A stretch of 64,000 nucleotides of DNA from Pseudomonadota bacterium. Lineage in GTDB: Bacteria; Pseudomonadota; Gammaproteobacteria; Burkholderiales; Burkholderiaceae_C. The stretch lies in assembly GCA_021816585.1 (NCBI GenBank), contig JAKAXL010000004.1:49964-113963 (forward strand), in the 5' to 3' direction. The position numbers were made by a program, and so were the translations under genes. This document shows, piece after piece, positions 1 to 12,178 of this stretch (position 1 is its first letter; each line of letters begins with the position of its first letter). The notes beneath the pieces were generated by a model. It was not told where the DNA came from. It saw only the letters and a list, made by a program, of their open reading frames with translations, and made no database searches.

Positions 1-416
1 GGCGCATGACGGCCTCGGCGGTCGGGCCCGCGTGGCGTCGCGCCACGCCGCAGCAGCGCCAGCAGCTGGAGCAGCAGTTCAAGCAGCTGCTGATCCACAC
101 CTACTCCGGCGCCATCCGCGAGATCAAGGACCAGACCGTGCAGTACCTGCCGTTGCGCGCCGCGCCCGACTCGACCAGCGTGGTCGTGCGTACCCGCGTG
201 CTCAACAACGGCGAGCAGGTGCAGCTCGACTACCGGCTGGTCAAGCTGGGCTCCGAGTGGAAGATCTCCGACGTCAACGTGATGGGGATCTGGCTGGTCG
301 ACAACTACCGCGGCGTGTTCGCGCAGGAGATCAGCAGCAAGGGCATCGACGGCCTGATCGAGGTCCTGAGCAAGCGCAACAAGGAACTGGCGCAGGGGCG
401 CCCGGCAAGCCCATGA
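1..416 (+). CDS. mlaC: MlaC/Ttg2D-family phospholipid-binding protein, C-terminal part (5' end outside window)
   Basis: The frame is open to the window edge. The tail (YRLVKLGSEWKISDVNVMGIWLVDNYRGVFAQEI) looks like Ttg2D/MlaC. Its stop overlaps the start of a small STAS gene (ATGA 413-416), as in mla operons. Confidence 0.7.
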   Translation, partial: RMTASAVGPAWRRATPQQRQQLEQQFKQLLIHTYSGAIREIKDQTVQYLPLRAAPDSTSVVVRTRVLNNGEQVQLDYRLVKLGSEWKISDVNVMGIWLVDNYRGVFAQEISSKGIDGLIEVLSKRNKELAQGRPASP

Positions 417-736
417 GCCTGAGCACCGCGCAGGACTACGTCCTGCCGCCGCAGCTCACCGTCGCGCAGGCCGCCGAGGTCGCGCGCGATGCGCTGCGCG
501 TGCTCGGCGCCGCCGCGAAGCCGTGGCGCGTCGACTGCGGCGAGCTGCGGCAGTTCGACTCCGCCTGCCTGGCCCTGTTGCTGGAATTGCGTCGCCACGC
601 GGGCGATGCCGGCATCGAATTGCTGCGCGTGCCCGAGCGCCTGCGCCACCTCGCACAGGCCTATGGCGTGGGCTTCGTGCTCGACGGCGCGCCCGGTGCG
701 CCTGCCGCAGCGCCCCCCGGCGAAGGCGGGGCATGA
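413..736 (+). CDS. mlaB: MlaB-like STAS-domain protein
   Basis: 107 aa small STAS-like protein (CGELRQFDSACLALLLELRRHAGDAGIELLRVPERL). It is ATGA-coupled to mlaC upstream and to the ABC ATPase downstream. Confidence 0.6.
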   Translation: MSLSTAQDYVLPPQLTVAQAAEVARDALRVLGAAAKPWRVDCGELRQFDSACLALLLELRRHAGDAGIELLRVPERLRHLAQAYGVGFVLDGAPGAPAAAPPGEGGA

Positions 737-1674
737 GCCCGATCTCCCGAGACACCCCCGCGGTCAGGCTGCGCGGGGTGGTCAAGCGCTATGGCGACCG
801 CAACGTGGTCGACGGCGTCAGCCTGGACATCGAGCAGGGCGAGTTCTTCGCGCTGCTGGGCGCCAACGGCGCCGGCAAGACCACGCTGATCAGCATGCTG
901 GCGGGGCTGACGCGGCCCAGCGCGGGCAGCGTGCAGGTGCTCGGGCACGAGGTCACGCGCGAGCCGTACCTGACGCGCCGCCTGCTCGGCGTGGTGCCGC
1001 AGGAGCTGGTGTTCGACCCCTTCTTCACGGTGCGCGAGGCGCTGCGCCTGCAGTCGGGCTACTTCGGGCTGCGGCGCAACGACGACTGGATCGACGAACT
1101 GCTGCACCACCTGGGGCTGACGCGCCAGGCGCAGCAGAACATGCGCGCGCTGTCCGGCGGCATGAAGCGCCGCGTCATGGTGGCGCAGGCCCTGGTGCAC
1201 AAGCCGCCGGTGATCGTGCTCGACGAGCCGACCGCCGGAGTCGACGTCGAGTTGCGCCAGAGCCTGTGGCACTTCATCACCGAACTGAACCGCCAGGGCC
1301 ACACCGTGCTGTTGACCACGCACTACCTGGAAGAGGCCGAATCCCTGTGCAGCCGCATCGGCATGCTCAAGCTGGGGCATCTGGTCGCGCTGGACAGCAC
1401 GCATGCGCTGCTGTCGCGCTTCGCCTCCACGCAACTGCTGCTGCGCTGCACCGGCCAGCCGCTGCCGCCGCAGCTGGCGCAGCGCGCGCGCGCGGTGGGC
1501 GCGCGCGTCGCGTGGACCGTGCGCGACGCCTCCGAGGTGGAGGCGCTGCTGGGCGAACTGCGCGCCGCCGGCTGCGATCTCGACGAACTCGAGGTGCGCC
1601 GCGCCGACCTGGAGGACGCCTTCCTGCAGATCATGGGCGCGGGGCCTCGGGATGACGCGGGAGGGTCGGCGTGA
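733..1674 (+). CDS. ABC transporter ATP-binding protein (ABC-2 type)
   Basis: Walker A GANGAGKTT, signature LSGGMKRR, Walker B VIVLDEPTAGVD. ATG 733 overlaps the mlaB stop. The ORF-track start at 523 is an upstream extension. Confidence 0.9.
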   Translation: MSPISRDTPAVRLRGVVKRYGDRNVVDGVSLDIEQGEFFALLGANGAGKTTLISMLAGLTRPSAGSVQVLGHEVTREPYLTRRLLGVVPQELVFDPFFTVREALRLQSGYFGLRRNDDWIDELLHHLGLTRQAQQNMRALSGGMKRRVMVAQALVHKPPVIVLDEPTAGVDVELRQSLWHFITELNRQGHTVLLTTHYLEEAESLCSRIGMLKLGHLVALDSTHALLSRFASTQLLLRCTGQPLPPQLAQRARAVGARVAWTVRDASEVEALLGELRAAGCDLDELEVRRADLEDAFLQIMGAGPRDDAGGSA

Positions 1675-2426
1675 ACGCCTTGTTCACCCTGCTCGGCAAG
1701 GAGGTGCTGCGCTTCTGGAAGGTCGCGCTGCAGACGGTGGCCGCGCCGGTGATCTCCAGCCTGCTGTACCTGCTGATCTTCTCCCATGCGATCGCCGGGC
1801 ATATCCAGGTCTACGGCAGCATCCCCTACACCAGTTTCCTGATCCCGGGGCTGGCGATGATGAGCGTGCTGCAGAACGCCTTCGCCAACAGTTCGTCGTC
1901 GCTGATCCAGTCGAAGATCACCGGCAACCTGGTGTTCGTGCTGCTGTCGCCGCTGCAGCCCTGGCAGCTCTACCTCGGCTACGTCGGCGCCTCGGTGCTG
2001 CGCGGGCTGATGGTCGGCGGCGCGCTGCTGCTGGTGACCGGCTGGTTCGTGCCGCTGCAGTGGCACGATCCGCTGTGGTCGCTGCTGTTCGCGGTGCTCG
2101 GAGCATCCATGCTCGGTTCGCTGGGGGTGATCGCGGGGATCTGGGCGGAGAAGTTCGACCAGATGGCCGCTTTCCAGAATTTCATCATCGTCCCGGCGAC
2201 CTTCCTGTCGGGCGTGTTCTACTCGGTGACCACGCTGCCCCCGTTCTGGGTGGCGGTGTCGCGCCTGAATCCGTTCTTCTATCTGGTCGACGGTATGCGC
2301 TTCGGCTTCTTCGGGATCTCCGACACCTCGCCGTGGATCTGCCTGGCGGCGGCTTTGCTCGGGAACCTGGTGTGCGGCGGCGCGGCCTGGATCTGGCTGA
2401 AGCGCGGCTACAAGCTGCGCAACTGA
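1671..2426 (+). CDS. ABC-2 family transporter permease
   Basis: 251 aa with multiple hydrophobic segments. The GTG start overlaps the ATPase stop (GTGA 1671-1674). Confidence 0.85.
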   Translation: MNALFTLLGKEVLRFWKVALQTVAAPVISSLLYLLIFSHAIAGHIQVYGSIPYTSFLIPGLAMMSVLQNAFANSSSSLIQSKITGNLVFVLLSPLQPWQLYLGYVGASVLRGLMVGGALLLVTGWFVPLQWHDPLWSLLFAVLGASMLGSLGVIAGIWAEKFDQMAAFQNFIIVPATFLSGVFYSVTTLPPFWVAVSRLNPFFYLVDGMRFGFFGISDTSPWICLAAALLGNLVCGGAAWIWLKRGYKLRN

Positions 2427-2442
2427 ACCTGCTGCCATCGCG

Positions 2443-2685
2443 ATGTCCCTGCCCACTCCCGAACTCCTGCGCGACCTGATCGCCGCCGGCCTCGAATGCA
2501 CCCATCTGGAGGTGCAGGGCGACGGCCAGCACTTCTACGCCACCATCGTCAGCCCGCGCTTCACCGGGCTCACCCGGATCGCGCGCCACCGCCTGGTCTA
2601 CGAGGTGCTCGGCGAGCGCATGCGCGAGCAGGTCCACGCGCTGTCGATGCGCACCATCGCCCCCGGCGAGCCGCTGCCGCGGTGA
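2443..2685 (+). CDS. ibaG: BolA-family protein (IbaG/YrbA-like)
   Basis: 80 aa BolA-like sequence ([35 protein letters not shown]). It lies between the mla/ABC genes and murA, as ibaG does in E. coli. Confidence 0.7.
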   Translation: MSLPTPELLRDLIAAGLECTHLEVQGDGQHFYATIVSPRFTGLTRIARHRLVYEVLGERMREQVHALSMRTIAPGEPLPR

Positions 2686-2830
2686 GCGGCGCGCCCGGCG
2701 GCGGGCCGCGCCCGCAGCCGCTAAAATGACCGGCTTTGCCGGGCCCGCGAGGGCAGGCGTACGCGCATGGCCCGACCGGCCGCCGGCGCGCACACCGGCC
2801 CCCTCCACGGTCCCCCCACCCAGCGCCACG

Positions 2831-4099
<1,269 letters not shown>

Positions 4100-4162
4100 C
4101 GCGCGCACCCTACGAGCACCCCACGAGCACCGAGCACGCCGCACCTGGAACCCACCAACGCC

Positions 4163-4834
4163 ATGCTGACCCTCGCGCTGTCCAAAGGACGCATCTTCGA
4201 CGACACGCTGCCGCTGCTGCAACGCGCCGGGATCACCGTCGCCGAGGACCCGCAGAGCACGCGCAAGCTGATCCTCGGCACCAACCGCGCCGATCTGCGC
4301 GTGGTGCTGGTGCGCGCCAGCGACGTTCCCACCTACGTGCGCTACGGCGGCGCCGACCTCGGCGTGGCCGGGCTCGACGTGCTGCTGGAGTCCGACGCCG
4401 CCGACGGCGGCGACGGGCTGTACCGCCCGGTCGACCTGGGGATCGCGCGCTGCCGGCTCAGCGTGGCCACGCCGCAGGGCTGGGACTACGCGGCGGCGGT
4501 GCGCCAGGGCGCGCGCATCCGCGTGGCCACCAAGTACCTGCACCTGGCGCGCGAGCACTTCGCCGCCAAGGGCGTGCACGTCGACCTGGTCAAGCTGTAC
4601 GGCTCGATGGAACTGGCGCCGCTGACCGGCATGGCCGACGCCATCGTCGACCTGGTGTCCAGCGGCGGCACGCTCAAGGCCAACGGGCTGGTCGAGGTCG
4701 AGCACATCATGAACATCTCCGCGCGCCTGATCGTCAACCAGGCCGCATTCAAGACCCGTGCGCCGCTGCTCAAGCCCCTGGTGGGCGCGCTGCGCGAGGC
4801 CGTGCAAGGCGCACGCGGCGCCGACGAGTCCTGA
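4163..4834 (+). CDS. hisG: ATP phosphoribosyltransferase, short form
   Basis: 223 aa ([19 protein letters not shown]...[14 protein letters not shown]). It is the first gene of a contiguous his cluster. Confidence 0.9.
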   Translation: MLTLALSKGRIFDDTLPLLQRAGITVAEDPQSTRKLILGTNRADLRVVLVRASDVPTYVRYGGADLGVAGLDVLLESDAADGGDGLYRPVDLGIARCRLSVATPQGWDYAAAVRQGARIRVATKYLHLAREHFAAKGVHVDLVKLYGSMELAPLTGMADAIVDLVSSGGTLKANGLVEVEHIMNISARLIVNQAAFKTRAPLLKPLVGALREAVQGARGADES

Positions 4835-4836
4835 CC

Positions 4837-6174
4837 ATGTCCGACACTGCCTTCACGATGCGCCGGCTCGACGCCGCGGCGCCCGATTTCGAATCCCGCT
4901 GGGCCGAGCTGTTCGGCCGCATCTCGGAGGAGAACGCCGCCATCGACGCGCGCGTGGCCGAGATGCTCGACGAGGTGCGGCGACGCGGCGACGACGCGGT
5001 GCTGGAGTACACGCGGCGCTACGACCGCGTGAGCGCGACCTCGATGGCCGAACTCGAGATCGGGCAGCACGAACTGCAGGACGCGCTGCGGGCCATCGGC
5101 GCCGAGCAGCGCGACGCGCTGCAGGCCGCGGCGCAGCGCGTGCGCGCCTACCACGAGCGCCAGCTCGAGCACCTGGGCGGCAGCTGGGAGTACCACGACG
5201 CCGACGGCACGCTGCTGGGCCAGAAGGTCACTGCGCTGGACCGCGTGGGGATCTACGTGCCCGGCGGCAAGGCCGCCTACCCGTCGTCGGTGCTGATGAA
5301 CGCCATCCCCGCGCATGTCGCCGGGGTGCGCGAGATCGTCATGGTCGTGCCGACCCCGGACGGCGAGCGCAACCCGCTGGTGCTGGCGGCCGCCGCGGTG
5401 GCCGGCGTCGGCCGCGCCTTCGCGGTCGGCGGCGCGCAGGCCGTGGGGGCGCTGGCCTACGGCACCGCCAGCATCCCGAAGGTGGACAAGATCACCGGGC
5501 CCGGCAACGCCTACGTGGCGGCGGCCAAGCGACGCGTGTTCGGGTTGTGCGGAATCGACATGATCGCCGGCCCGTCGGAGATCCTGGTCATCGCCGACGG
5601 CAGCACGCCGGCCGACTGGGTGGCGATGGACCTGTTCAGCCAGGCCGAGCACGACGAGCTGGCGCAAAGCATCCTGCTGTGTCCGGATTCCGGCTACATC
5701 GAGCAGGTGTGGCAGGCCATGCAGCGCCTGCTGCCGCAGATGCCGCGGCGCGACATCATCGAGGCCTCGCTGCGCGGACGCGGGGCGCTGATCCGCGTGC
5801 GCGACCTGGAGCAGGCCTGCGAACTGGCCGACCGCATCGCCCCCGAGCACCTCGAGCTGTCCACGCGCGAGCCGCGCGTGCTGGCCGAGCGCCTGCGCCA
5901 TGCCGGAGCCATCTTCCTCGGCGCCTACACCTCCGAGTCGCTCGGTGACTACTGCGCCGGGCCCAATCACGTGCTTCCCACCTCGGGCACGGCGCGCTTT
6001 TCCTCCGCGCTCGGCGTGTACGACTTCGTCAAGCGCACCAGCCTGATCGAGGTCAGCCGGCGCGGCGCCGCGCGCCTCGGGCATATCGCGTCGGTGCTCG
6101 GCCGCGGCGAGAGGCTGCAGGCGCACGCCACCGCGGCCGAGATGCGCCTGCACGACATCGGCAGCGACGAGTGA
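4837..6174 (+). CDS. hisD: Histidinol dehydrogenase
   Basis: 445 aa from ATG 4837, 2 nt after the hisG stop. HisD-like segments include [27 protein letters not shown] and [13 protein letters not shown]. Confidence 0.95.
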   Translation: MSDTAFTMRRLDAAAPDFESRWAELFGRISEENAAIDARVAEMLDEVRRRGDDAVLEYTRRYDRVSATSMAELEIGQHELQDALRAIGAEQRDALQAAAQRVRAYHERQLEHLGGSWEYHDADGTLLGQKVTALDRVGIYVPGGKAAYPSSVLMNAIPAHVAGVREIVMVVPTPDGERNPLVLAAAAVAGVGRAFAVGGAQAVGALAYGTASIPKVDKITGPGNAYVAAAKRRVFGLCGIDMIAGPSEILVIADGSTPADWVAMDLFSQAEHDELAQSILLCPDSGYIEQVWQAMQRLLPQMPRRDIIEASLRGRGALIRVRDLEQACELADRIAPEHLELSTREPRVLAERLRHAGAIFLGAYTSESLGDYCAGPNHVLPTSGTARFSSALGVYDFVKRTSLIEVSRRGAARLGHIASVLGRGERLQAHATAAEMRLHDIGSDE

Positions 6175-6224
6175 GGGCGCGCACGCGCACCCGATCTGCC
6201 CGAGACCGCAGCGAGAACCTTTCG

Positions 6225-7313
6225 ATGAGCCGCTTCTGGAGCGAGGCCGTGCACGGCCTGACCCCGTACGTGCCCGGCGAGCAGCCGCGCATCGCCGGGC
6301 TGATCAAACTCAACACCAACGAATGCCCGTACGCGCCCAGCCTGCGCGTGCTGCAGGCCATCCGCGACGCGGCCGGCGAGGAACTGCGCCTGTACCCGGA
6401 CCCGGAATGCACGCAGCTGCGCCAGGCGATCGCCGCGCACCACGGGCTGCTGCCCGAGCAGGTGTTCGTCGGCAATGGTTCGGACGAGGTGCTGGCGCAC
6501 GCCTTCATGGCGCTGTTCAGGCAGCCGCGCCCGCTGTTGATGCCCGACGTCGGCTACAGCTTCTACCCGGTCTACGCCCGGCTGTACGGGATCGAGGCGC
6601 GCAGCGTGGCGCTGGACGAGCAGCTGCGGCTGCGCGTGCAGGACCTGCTGGATGCGGGCCCCAACGGCGGCATCGTGTTCGCCAACCCGAACGCGCCGAC
6701 CGGGATCGCGCTCGGGCTGGAGCAGATCGAGCAGCTGCTGCAGGGCAATCGCGACTCGGCCGTGCTGGTCGACGAGGCCTATGTCGACTTCGGCGCGCAA
6801 AGCGCGGTCGAGCTGATCGAGCGCCACCCGCAGCTGCTGGTCGTGCGCACGCTGTCGAAGGCGCGCGCGCTGGCCGGGTTGCGCGTCGGCTATGCGCTGG
6901 GCCAGCCGGAACTGATCGAAGGCCTGACGCGGGTGAAGGACAGCTTCAACTCCTATCCGCTGGATCGCCTGGCGCTGGCCGGCGCCACCGCGGCGATGCT
7001 CGACGACACCTGGCTGGCCCATACGCGCTCGCGCATCATCGCCAGCCGCGACCTGCTGAGCGACCAGTTGCGCGAGCTCGGTTTCGAGGTGCTGCCGTCG
7101 TCGGCCAACTTCGTGTTCGCGCGCCATGCGCGACTCGACGCCGCCGAGCTCGCCGCGGCGCTGCGCGAGCAGCGCATCCTGGTGCGGCACTTCAGCCGAC
7201 CCGAGCGCATCCGCCAGTTCCTGCGCATCAGCATCGGCACCGAGTCGCAGTGCGAGGCCCTGGTGCAGGCGCTGCGCGGCATCGTGCAGGAGCCCGCCGG
7301 CGGAGATCGATGA
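6225..7313 (+). CDS. hisC: Histidinol-phosphate aminotransferase
   Basis: 362 aa from ATG 6225 ([21 protein letters not shown]). Class-II aminotransferase features include [14 protein letters not shown] with the PLP lysine. Confidence 0.9.
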   Translation: MSRFWSEAVHGLTPYVPGEQPRIAGLIKLNTNECPYAPSLRVLQAIRDAAGEELRLYPDPECTQLRQAIAAHHGLLPEQVFVGNGSDEVLAHAFMALFRQPRPLLMPDVGYSFYPVYARLYGIEARSVALDEQLRLRVQDLLDAGPNGGIVFANPNAPTGIALGLEQIEQLLQGNRDSAVLVDEAYVDFGAQSAVELIERHPQLLVVRTLSKARALAGLRVGYALGQPELIEGLTRVKDSFNSYPLDRLALAGATAAMLDDTWLAHTRSRIIASRDLLSDQLRELGFEVLPSSANFVFARHARLDAAELAAALREQRILVRHFSRPERIRQFLRISIGTESQCEALVQALRGIVQEPAGGDR

Positions 7314-7337
7314 AGCTTGATGAATAATCGGGGCATC

Positions 7338-7925
7338 ATGCGCACCGCCACCATCCTGCGTCAGACCGCCGAAACCCGCATCGAGGTCGCCCTCGACCTC
7401 GACGGCAGCGGCCGTTCCGAGCTGAGCACCGGCATCGGCTTCTTCGACCACATGCTGGACCAGATCGCCCGCCACGGCGCGCTCGACCTGAAGGTGCAGG
7501 CCGCGGGCGACCTGCACATCGACGGCCACCACACGGTCGAGGACGTGGGCATCACCTTCGGCCAGGCGCTGGCGAAGGCCCTGGGCGACAAGAAGGGCAT
7601 CCGGCGCTTCGGGCATGCGTACGTGCCGCTGGACGAGGCGCTGTCGCGGGTGGTGATCGACTTCTCCGGACGCCCCGGCCTGGTCTGGCAGGTGCCGTTC
7701 ACGCGATCGAGCATCGGCGCCTTCGACGTCGAGCTGGCGCACGAATTCTTCCAGGGCCTGGTCAACCACGCATTCATCACCGTGCACGTGGACAATCTGC
7801 GCGGCGACAACGCGCACCACCAGTGCGAGACCGTGTTCAAGGCCTTCGGCCGCGCGCTGCGCCAGGCCGTCGAGCTCGATGCGCGACTGGCGCAGCAGAT
7901 CCCGTCCACCAAAGGCTCGCTTTGA
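7338..7925 (+). CDS. hisB: Imidazoleglycerol-phosphate dehydratase
   Basis: ATG 7338 gives [17 protein letters not shown]. Motifs [13 protein letters not shown] and [11 protein letters not shown] are present. A longer start at TTG 7317 or ATG 7320 is possible. Confidence 0.9.
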   Translation: MRTATILRQTAETRIEVALDLDGSGRSELSTGIGFFDHMLDQIARHGALDLKVQAAGDLHIDGHHTVEDVGITFGQALAKALGDKKGIRRFGHAYVPLDEALSRVVIDFSGRPGLVWQVPFTRSSIGAFDVELAHEFFQGLVNHAFITVHVDNLRGDNAHHQCETVFKAFGRALRQAVELDARLAQQIPSTKGSL

Positions 7926-7994
7926 ATCGATGATCCGCGGCGCGCTGTCGCGCCGGCGCCAATCGCAAAGTCCGGGTCCCCGGCCCACTCCCGC

Positions 7995-8654
7995 ATGAAA
8001 ACCGTCGCCATCGTCGATTACGGCATGGGCAACCTGCGCTCGGTGTCGCAGGCCGTGCAGCATGTCGCCAAGGGCCTGCCGTGGCAGGTCGTCGTCAGCT
8101 CCGACGCCGCCCAGGTCGAGCAGGCCGATCGCCTGGTGCTGCCCGGGCAGGGCGCGATGCCCGACTGCATGCGCGAATTGCGCGATTCCGGGTTGCAGCG
8201 CGCGGTGCTGCACGCGGTCGACTCCGGCAAGCCCCTGTTCGGCGTGTGCGTGGGCATGCAGATGCTGCTCGAGCGCAGCGAGGAGGGCCCGACCGACGGG
8301 CTCGGCCTGTTCGCGGGCAGCGTGCGGCGCTTCCAGCTGCAGGGCGCGCTGCAGCCCGACGGCAGCCGCTACAAGGTGCCGCACATGGGCTGGAACGCGG
8401 TGCGCCAGGTGGCGCACGACGGCAGCGTGCATGCGCTGTGGCAGGGGATTCCCGACGGCAGTGCCTTCTATTTCGTGCATAGTTTCTATGCCGATCCGTC
8501 CGACCCACGCAACATCGCCGGTCGCACCGAATATGGCGTGACATTTGCAAGCGCAATCGCTCGGGGTACCATTTTCGCCACCCAATTCCACCCGGAGAAA
8601 AGCGCTTCCGCCGGGTTGAGCCTGTACCGCAATTTCCTCTCGTGGAAACCCTGA
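7995..8654 (+). CDS. hisH: Imidazole glycerol phosphate synthase, glutamine amidotransferase subunit
   Basis: 219 aa class-I amidotransferase ([24 protein letters not shown]). Confidence 0.9.
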   Translation: MKTVAIVDYGMGNLRSVSQAVQHVAKGLPWQVVVSSDAAQVEQADRLVLPGQGAMPDCMRELRDSGLQRAVLHAVDSGKPLFGVCVGMQMLLERSEEGPTDGLGLFAGSVRRFQLQGALQPDGSRYKVPHMGWNAVRQVAHDGSVHALWQGIPDGSAFYFVHSFYADPSDPRNIAGRTEYGVTFASAIARGTIFATQFHPEKSASAGLSLYRNFLSWKP

Positions 8655-8721
8655 GGGCGTCCTTGAAAGCCCATCGGCGGGACCCCATTTCCCCTTTCTC
8701 CACCCCCTCGTCGTCGAGCCC

Positions 8722-9465
8722 ATGCTGCTGATCCCCGCGATCGATCTGAAGAACGGCCAATGCGTCCGCCTCGAACAGGGGGAGATGCAGGCCGCCACCG
8801 TGTTTTCCACCGACCCCGCGGCGATGGCCCGGCACTGGGTCGGGCAGGGCGCGCGCAGGCTGCATCTGGTCGACCTCAACGGCGCCTTCGCCGGCAAGCC
8901 GGAGAACGAGCCGGCGATTCGCGCCATCCTGCGCGCGGTGGGCGACGAGATCCCGGTGCAGCTCGGCGGGGGCATCCGCGACCTGGAGACCATCGAGCGC
9001 TACCTCGACGACGGGCTGAGCTACGTCATCATCGGCACCGCCGCGGTGAAGAACCCGGGCTTCCTGAAGGAGGCCTGCAGCGCCTTCGGCGGCCACATCA
9101 TCGTCGGCCTCGACGCACGCGACGGCCGCGTCGCCACCGACGGCTGGAGCAAGCTCACCGGGCACGAGGTCGTCGACCTCGCGCGCAAGTTCGAGGACTA
9201 CGGCGTCGAGTCGGTGATCTACACCGACATCGGGCGCGACGGCATGCTCAGCGGGCTCAACATCGACGCCACGGTGCGCCTGGCCGAGGCGCTGAGCATC
9301 CCGGTGATCGCCTCCGGCGGGCTGGCCTCGATGGACGACATCGATCGCCTGCTGCAGGTGGAGTCCACCGGCATCGAGGGCGTGATCTGCGGCCGCGCGA
9401 TCTACACCGGCGCGCTGGACTTTCGCGCCGCGCTGCAGCGCGTGGGCGAGGTCGACGCGGCGTGA
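8722..9465 (+). CDS. hisA: ProFAR isomerase
   Basis: 247 aa ([17 protein letters not shown]...GGGIRD...[10 protein letters not shown]...SGG). Confidence 0.9.
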   Translation: MLLIPAIDLKNGQCVRLEQGEMQAATVFSTDPAAMARHWVGQGARRLHLVDLNGAFAGKPENEPAIRAILRAVGDEIPVQLGGGIRDLETIERYLDDGLSYVIIGTAAVKNPGFLKEACSAFGGHIIVGLDARDGRVATDGWSKLTGHEVVDLARKFEDYGVESVIYTDIGRDGMLSGLNIDATVRLAEALSIPVIASGGLASMDDIDRLLQVESTGIEGVICGRAIYTGALDFRAALQRVGEVDAA

Positions 9466-9476
9466 CCCGGGATTCC

Positions 9477-10256
<780 letters not shown>

Positions 10257-10304
10257 GCCCCTGCGACGCCGCACCGTAGGGCGTCGCGCGCATACACTGG
10301 ACCC

Positions 10305-10703
10305 ATGAGCGACAAGGATTGGCTGGACGAGGTGCGCTGGGATGCGCAGGGCCTGGTGCCGGCCGTGGTGCAGGAGGCCGCGAGCGGCGACGTGCTGATG
10401 CTGGCCTGGATGAACCGCGAGGCGCTGGCGCGTACGCGCGAGCTGGGCGAGGCGGTGTTCTGGTCGCGCTCGCGCGCCCGCCTGTGGCACAAGGGCGAGG
10501 AATCCGGGCATGTGCAGAAAGTCGAATCGATCCGCCTGGACTGCGACGGCGACGTCGTGCTGCTGCAGGTGCGCCAGCTCGGCCACGAGCCGCCGATCGC
10601 CTGCCACACCGGGCGGCATTCCTGCTTTTTCCGGCAGCTGCGCCAGGACGAGTGGGTGAGCGTCGACCCGGTGCTCAAGGATCCGCAGGAGATCTACCGA
10701 TGA
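10305..10703 (+). CDS. hisI: Phosphoribosyl-AMP cyclohydrolase
   Basis: 132 aa ([25 protein letters not shown]...[12 protein letters not shown]...[11 protein letters not shown]). Confidence 0.9.
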   Translation: MSDKDWLDEVRWDAQGLVPAVVQEAASGDVLMLAWMNREALARTRELGEAVFWSRSRARLWHKGEESGHVQKVESIRLDCDGDVVLLQVRQLGHEPPIACHTGRHSCFFRQLRQDEWVSVDPVLKDPQEIYR

Positions 10704-11116
10704 GCGCGGACGCGAATCCCGACGATCTGCTCGAGCGGCTGGCCGCGGTGATCCTGTCGCGGCGCCAGGCCGATCCGGACAAGTCCTACGTCGCGCGCCT
10801 GTACGCCAAGGGCGAGGACGCGATGCTGAAGAAGGTCGGCGAGGAGGCCACCGAGTTCGTGCTCGCGGCCAAGGGCGGCGAGCGCGCGCAGATGGTGTAC
10901 GAGGCGGCCGACCTGTGGTTCCACGTGCTGGTGGCGCTGGGCGCCCACGGCATCGCGCCGCGCGAGGTGCTGGCCGAACTGGCGCGCCGGGAGGGAGTAT
11001 CCGGACTGGAGGAGTTCGCGGCGCGGGGCGCCGCGCCTGCCTCGGCGACCGATTCCGCGGCGTCTTCGCGGGAGCCGGCGGCACCCGCGGGGGGGCCATC
11101 CCGCGGCGACCGGTAA
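10700..11116 (+). CDS. hisE: Phosphoribosyl-ATP pyrophosphatase, with low-complexity C-terminal tail
   Basis: ATG 10700 overlaps the hisI stop (ATGA). The MazG-like core is [31 protein letters not shown]...[11 protein letters not shown]. About 29 extra Ala/Ser/Pro/Gly-rich residues sit at the end. Confidence 0.85.
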   Translation: MSADANPDDLLERLAAVILSRRQADPDKSYVARLYAKGEDAMLKKVGEEATEFVLAAKGGERAQMVYEAADLWFHVLVALGAHGIAPREVLAELARREGVSGLEEFAARGAAPASATDSAASSREPAAPAGGPSRGDR

Positions 11117-11117
11117 A

Positions 11118-11306
11118 ATGGTCGGATGGAGTGCGCGACTGGCGGCGCAGCAAGGTCGCGGCGACGGTCTTCGGACCGTGGCGGCCACCGGGCACAACGG
11201 CGGGCAGGCGGTCTTCCACCTGCATGTTCTCGTTTTGGGCGTCGTTCGCCCGTGCAAGCGCGTTTTGCCTGACAACCGCGCAGGAGGTTCGAGATGGGTT
11301 CACTGA
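11118..11306 (+). pseudogene. Remnant of a HIT-family (HinT-like) gene, C-terminal third only
   Basis: A 62-codon ORF reads ...RLAAQQGRGDGLRTVAATGHNGGQAVFHLHVLVLG..., resembling the end of HIT proteins. The triad is H-L-H-V-L, so the third His is replaced by Leu. There is no N-terminal half in any frame, because the hisE stop lies 1 nt upstream. The 3' end overlaps the tatA start. Confidence 0.45.
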
Positions 11307-11536
11307 GCATCTGGCATTGGCTGATCGTCCTGGTCATCGTCATGATGGTCTTCGGCACGAAGAAGCTGAAGAACATCGGCAGCGACCTCGGGTCGGCGGT
11401 CAAGGGCTTCAAGGAGGGCATGCGCGACGGCGAGAGCACCACCGCCGCGACGCCCGACAAGCAGATCGCCGCGCAGCCCCCGGAGGCGGCGGCGCACAAG
11501 GACGCCATCGACGTCGAGGCGAAGGAAAAGTCCTGA
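11294..11536 (+). CDS. tatA: Sec-independent translocase protein TatA
   Basis: 80 aa ([42 protein letters not shown]). AGGAGG SD lies 7 nt upstream. Confidence 0.9.
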   Translation: MGSLSIWHWLIVLVIVMMVFGTKKLKNIGSDLGSAVKGFKEGMRDGESTTAATPDKQIAAQPPEAAAHKDAIDVEAKEKS

Positions 11537-11604
11537 ACCTTCGCATGGCGCCGGCGCGGTGCGCCCCGCAAGGGGCGCCGCCGTGCCGGCCCGCGACCTG
11601 AACC

Positions 11605-12114
11605 ATGTTCGACATCGGCATCTCGGAACTGGGCGTGATCGGCGTGGTCGCGCTGATCGTGCTCGGCCCGGAAAAACTGCCGCGCGTGGCGCGGACCGTG
11701 GGCAACCTGATGGGGCGCGCGCAGCGCTACATGGCCGACGTGAAGGCGGAGGTCAACCGCCAGATCGAGCTCGACGAGCTGCGCGACATGAAGTCGGCGG
11801 TCGAGACCTCGGTGCGCGACATCCACGGCGCGGTCTCGAAGAATCTCGGCGATGTCCGCGACGAGTTCGACAGCGCCTGGAAGGAAGCCACCACCGGGCT
11901 GCCCGGGATCGGCTCCGCGGAGGCGGGGTCGGCCCGTTCCGGCGAGCTTGCCGACGCCGGTCCCTACCTGGCCGAACCCGGGCGCCCGAAGCGCCTGAAG
12001 CGAAATGGCGGGCAGTCGGTGCCGCTGTGGTACCGCCGGCATTCACGGCTGCGCGGCCACGCGCTGTCCGGAGCCGCCCGCATGGCGCGCTACCGCGTGC
12101 GCACGCGTGCCTGA
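11605..12114 (+). CDS. tatB: Sec-independent translocase protein TatB
   Basis: 169 aa (MFDIGISELGVIGVVALIVLGPEKLPRVARTVG). Confidence 0.85.
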   Translation: MFDIGISELGVIGVVALIVLGPEKLPRVARTVGNLMGRAQRYMADVKAEVNRQIELDELRDMKSAVETSVRDIHGAVSKNLGDVRDEFDSAWKEATTGLPGIGSAEAGSARSGELADAGPYLAEPGRPKRLKRNGGQSVPLWYRRHSRLRGHALSGAARMARYRVRTRA

Positions 12115-12178
12115 AGCGCATGCGCTGCAGGCCCCCTGTCCGGCCGGCCGGCCGCGGCCCTGAGTCGCGCCTGCCGCC

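Noticed and set aside
4100-4162. A his-operon leader peptide or attenuator upstream of hisG.
   Set aside because: There is no small ORF with consecutive His codons, and no terminator/antiterminator pair. Only a short tandem repeat is present.
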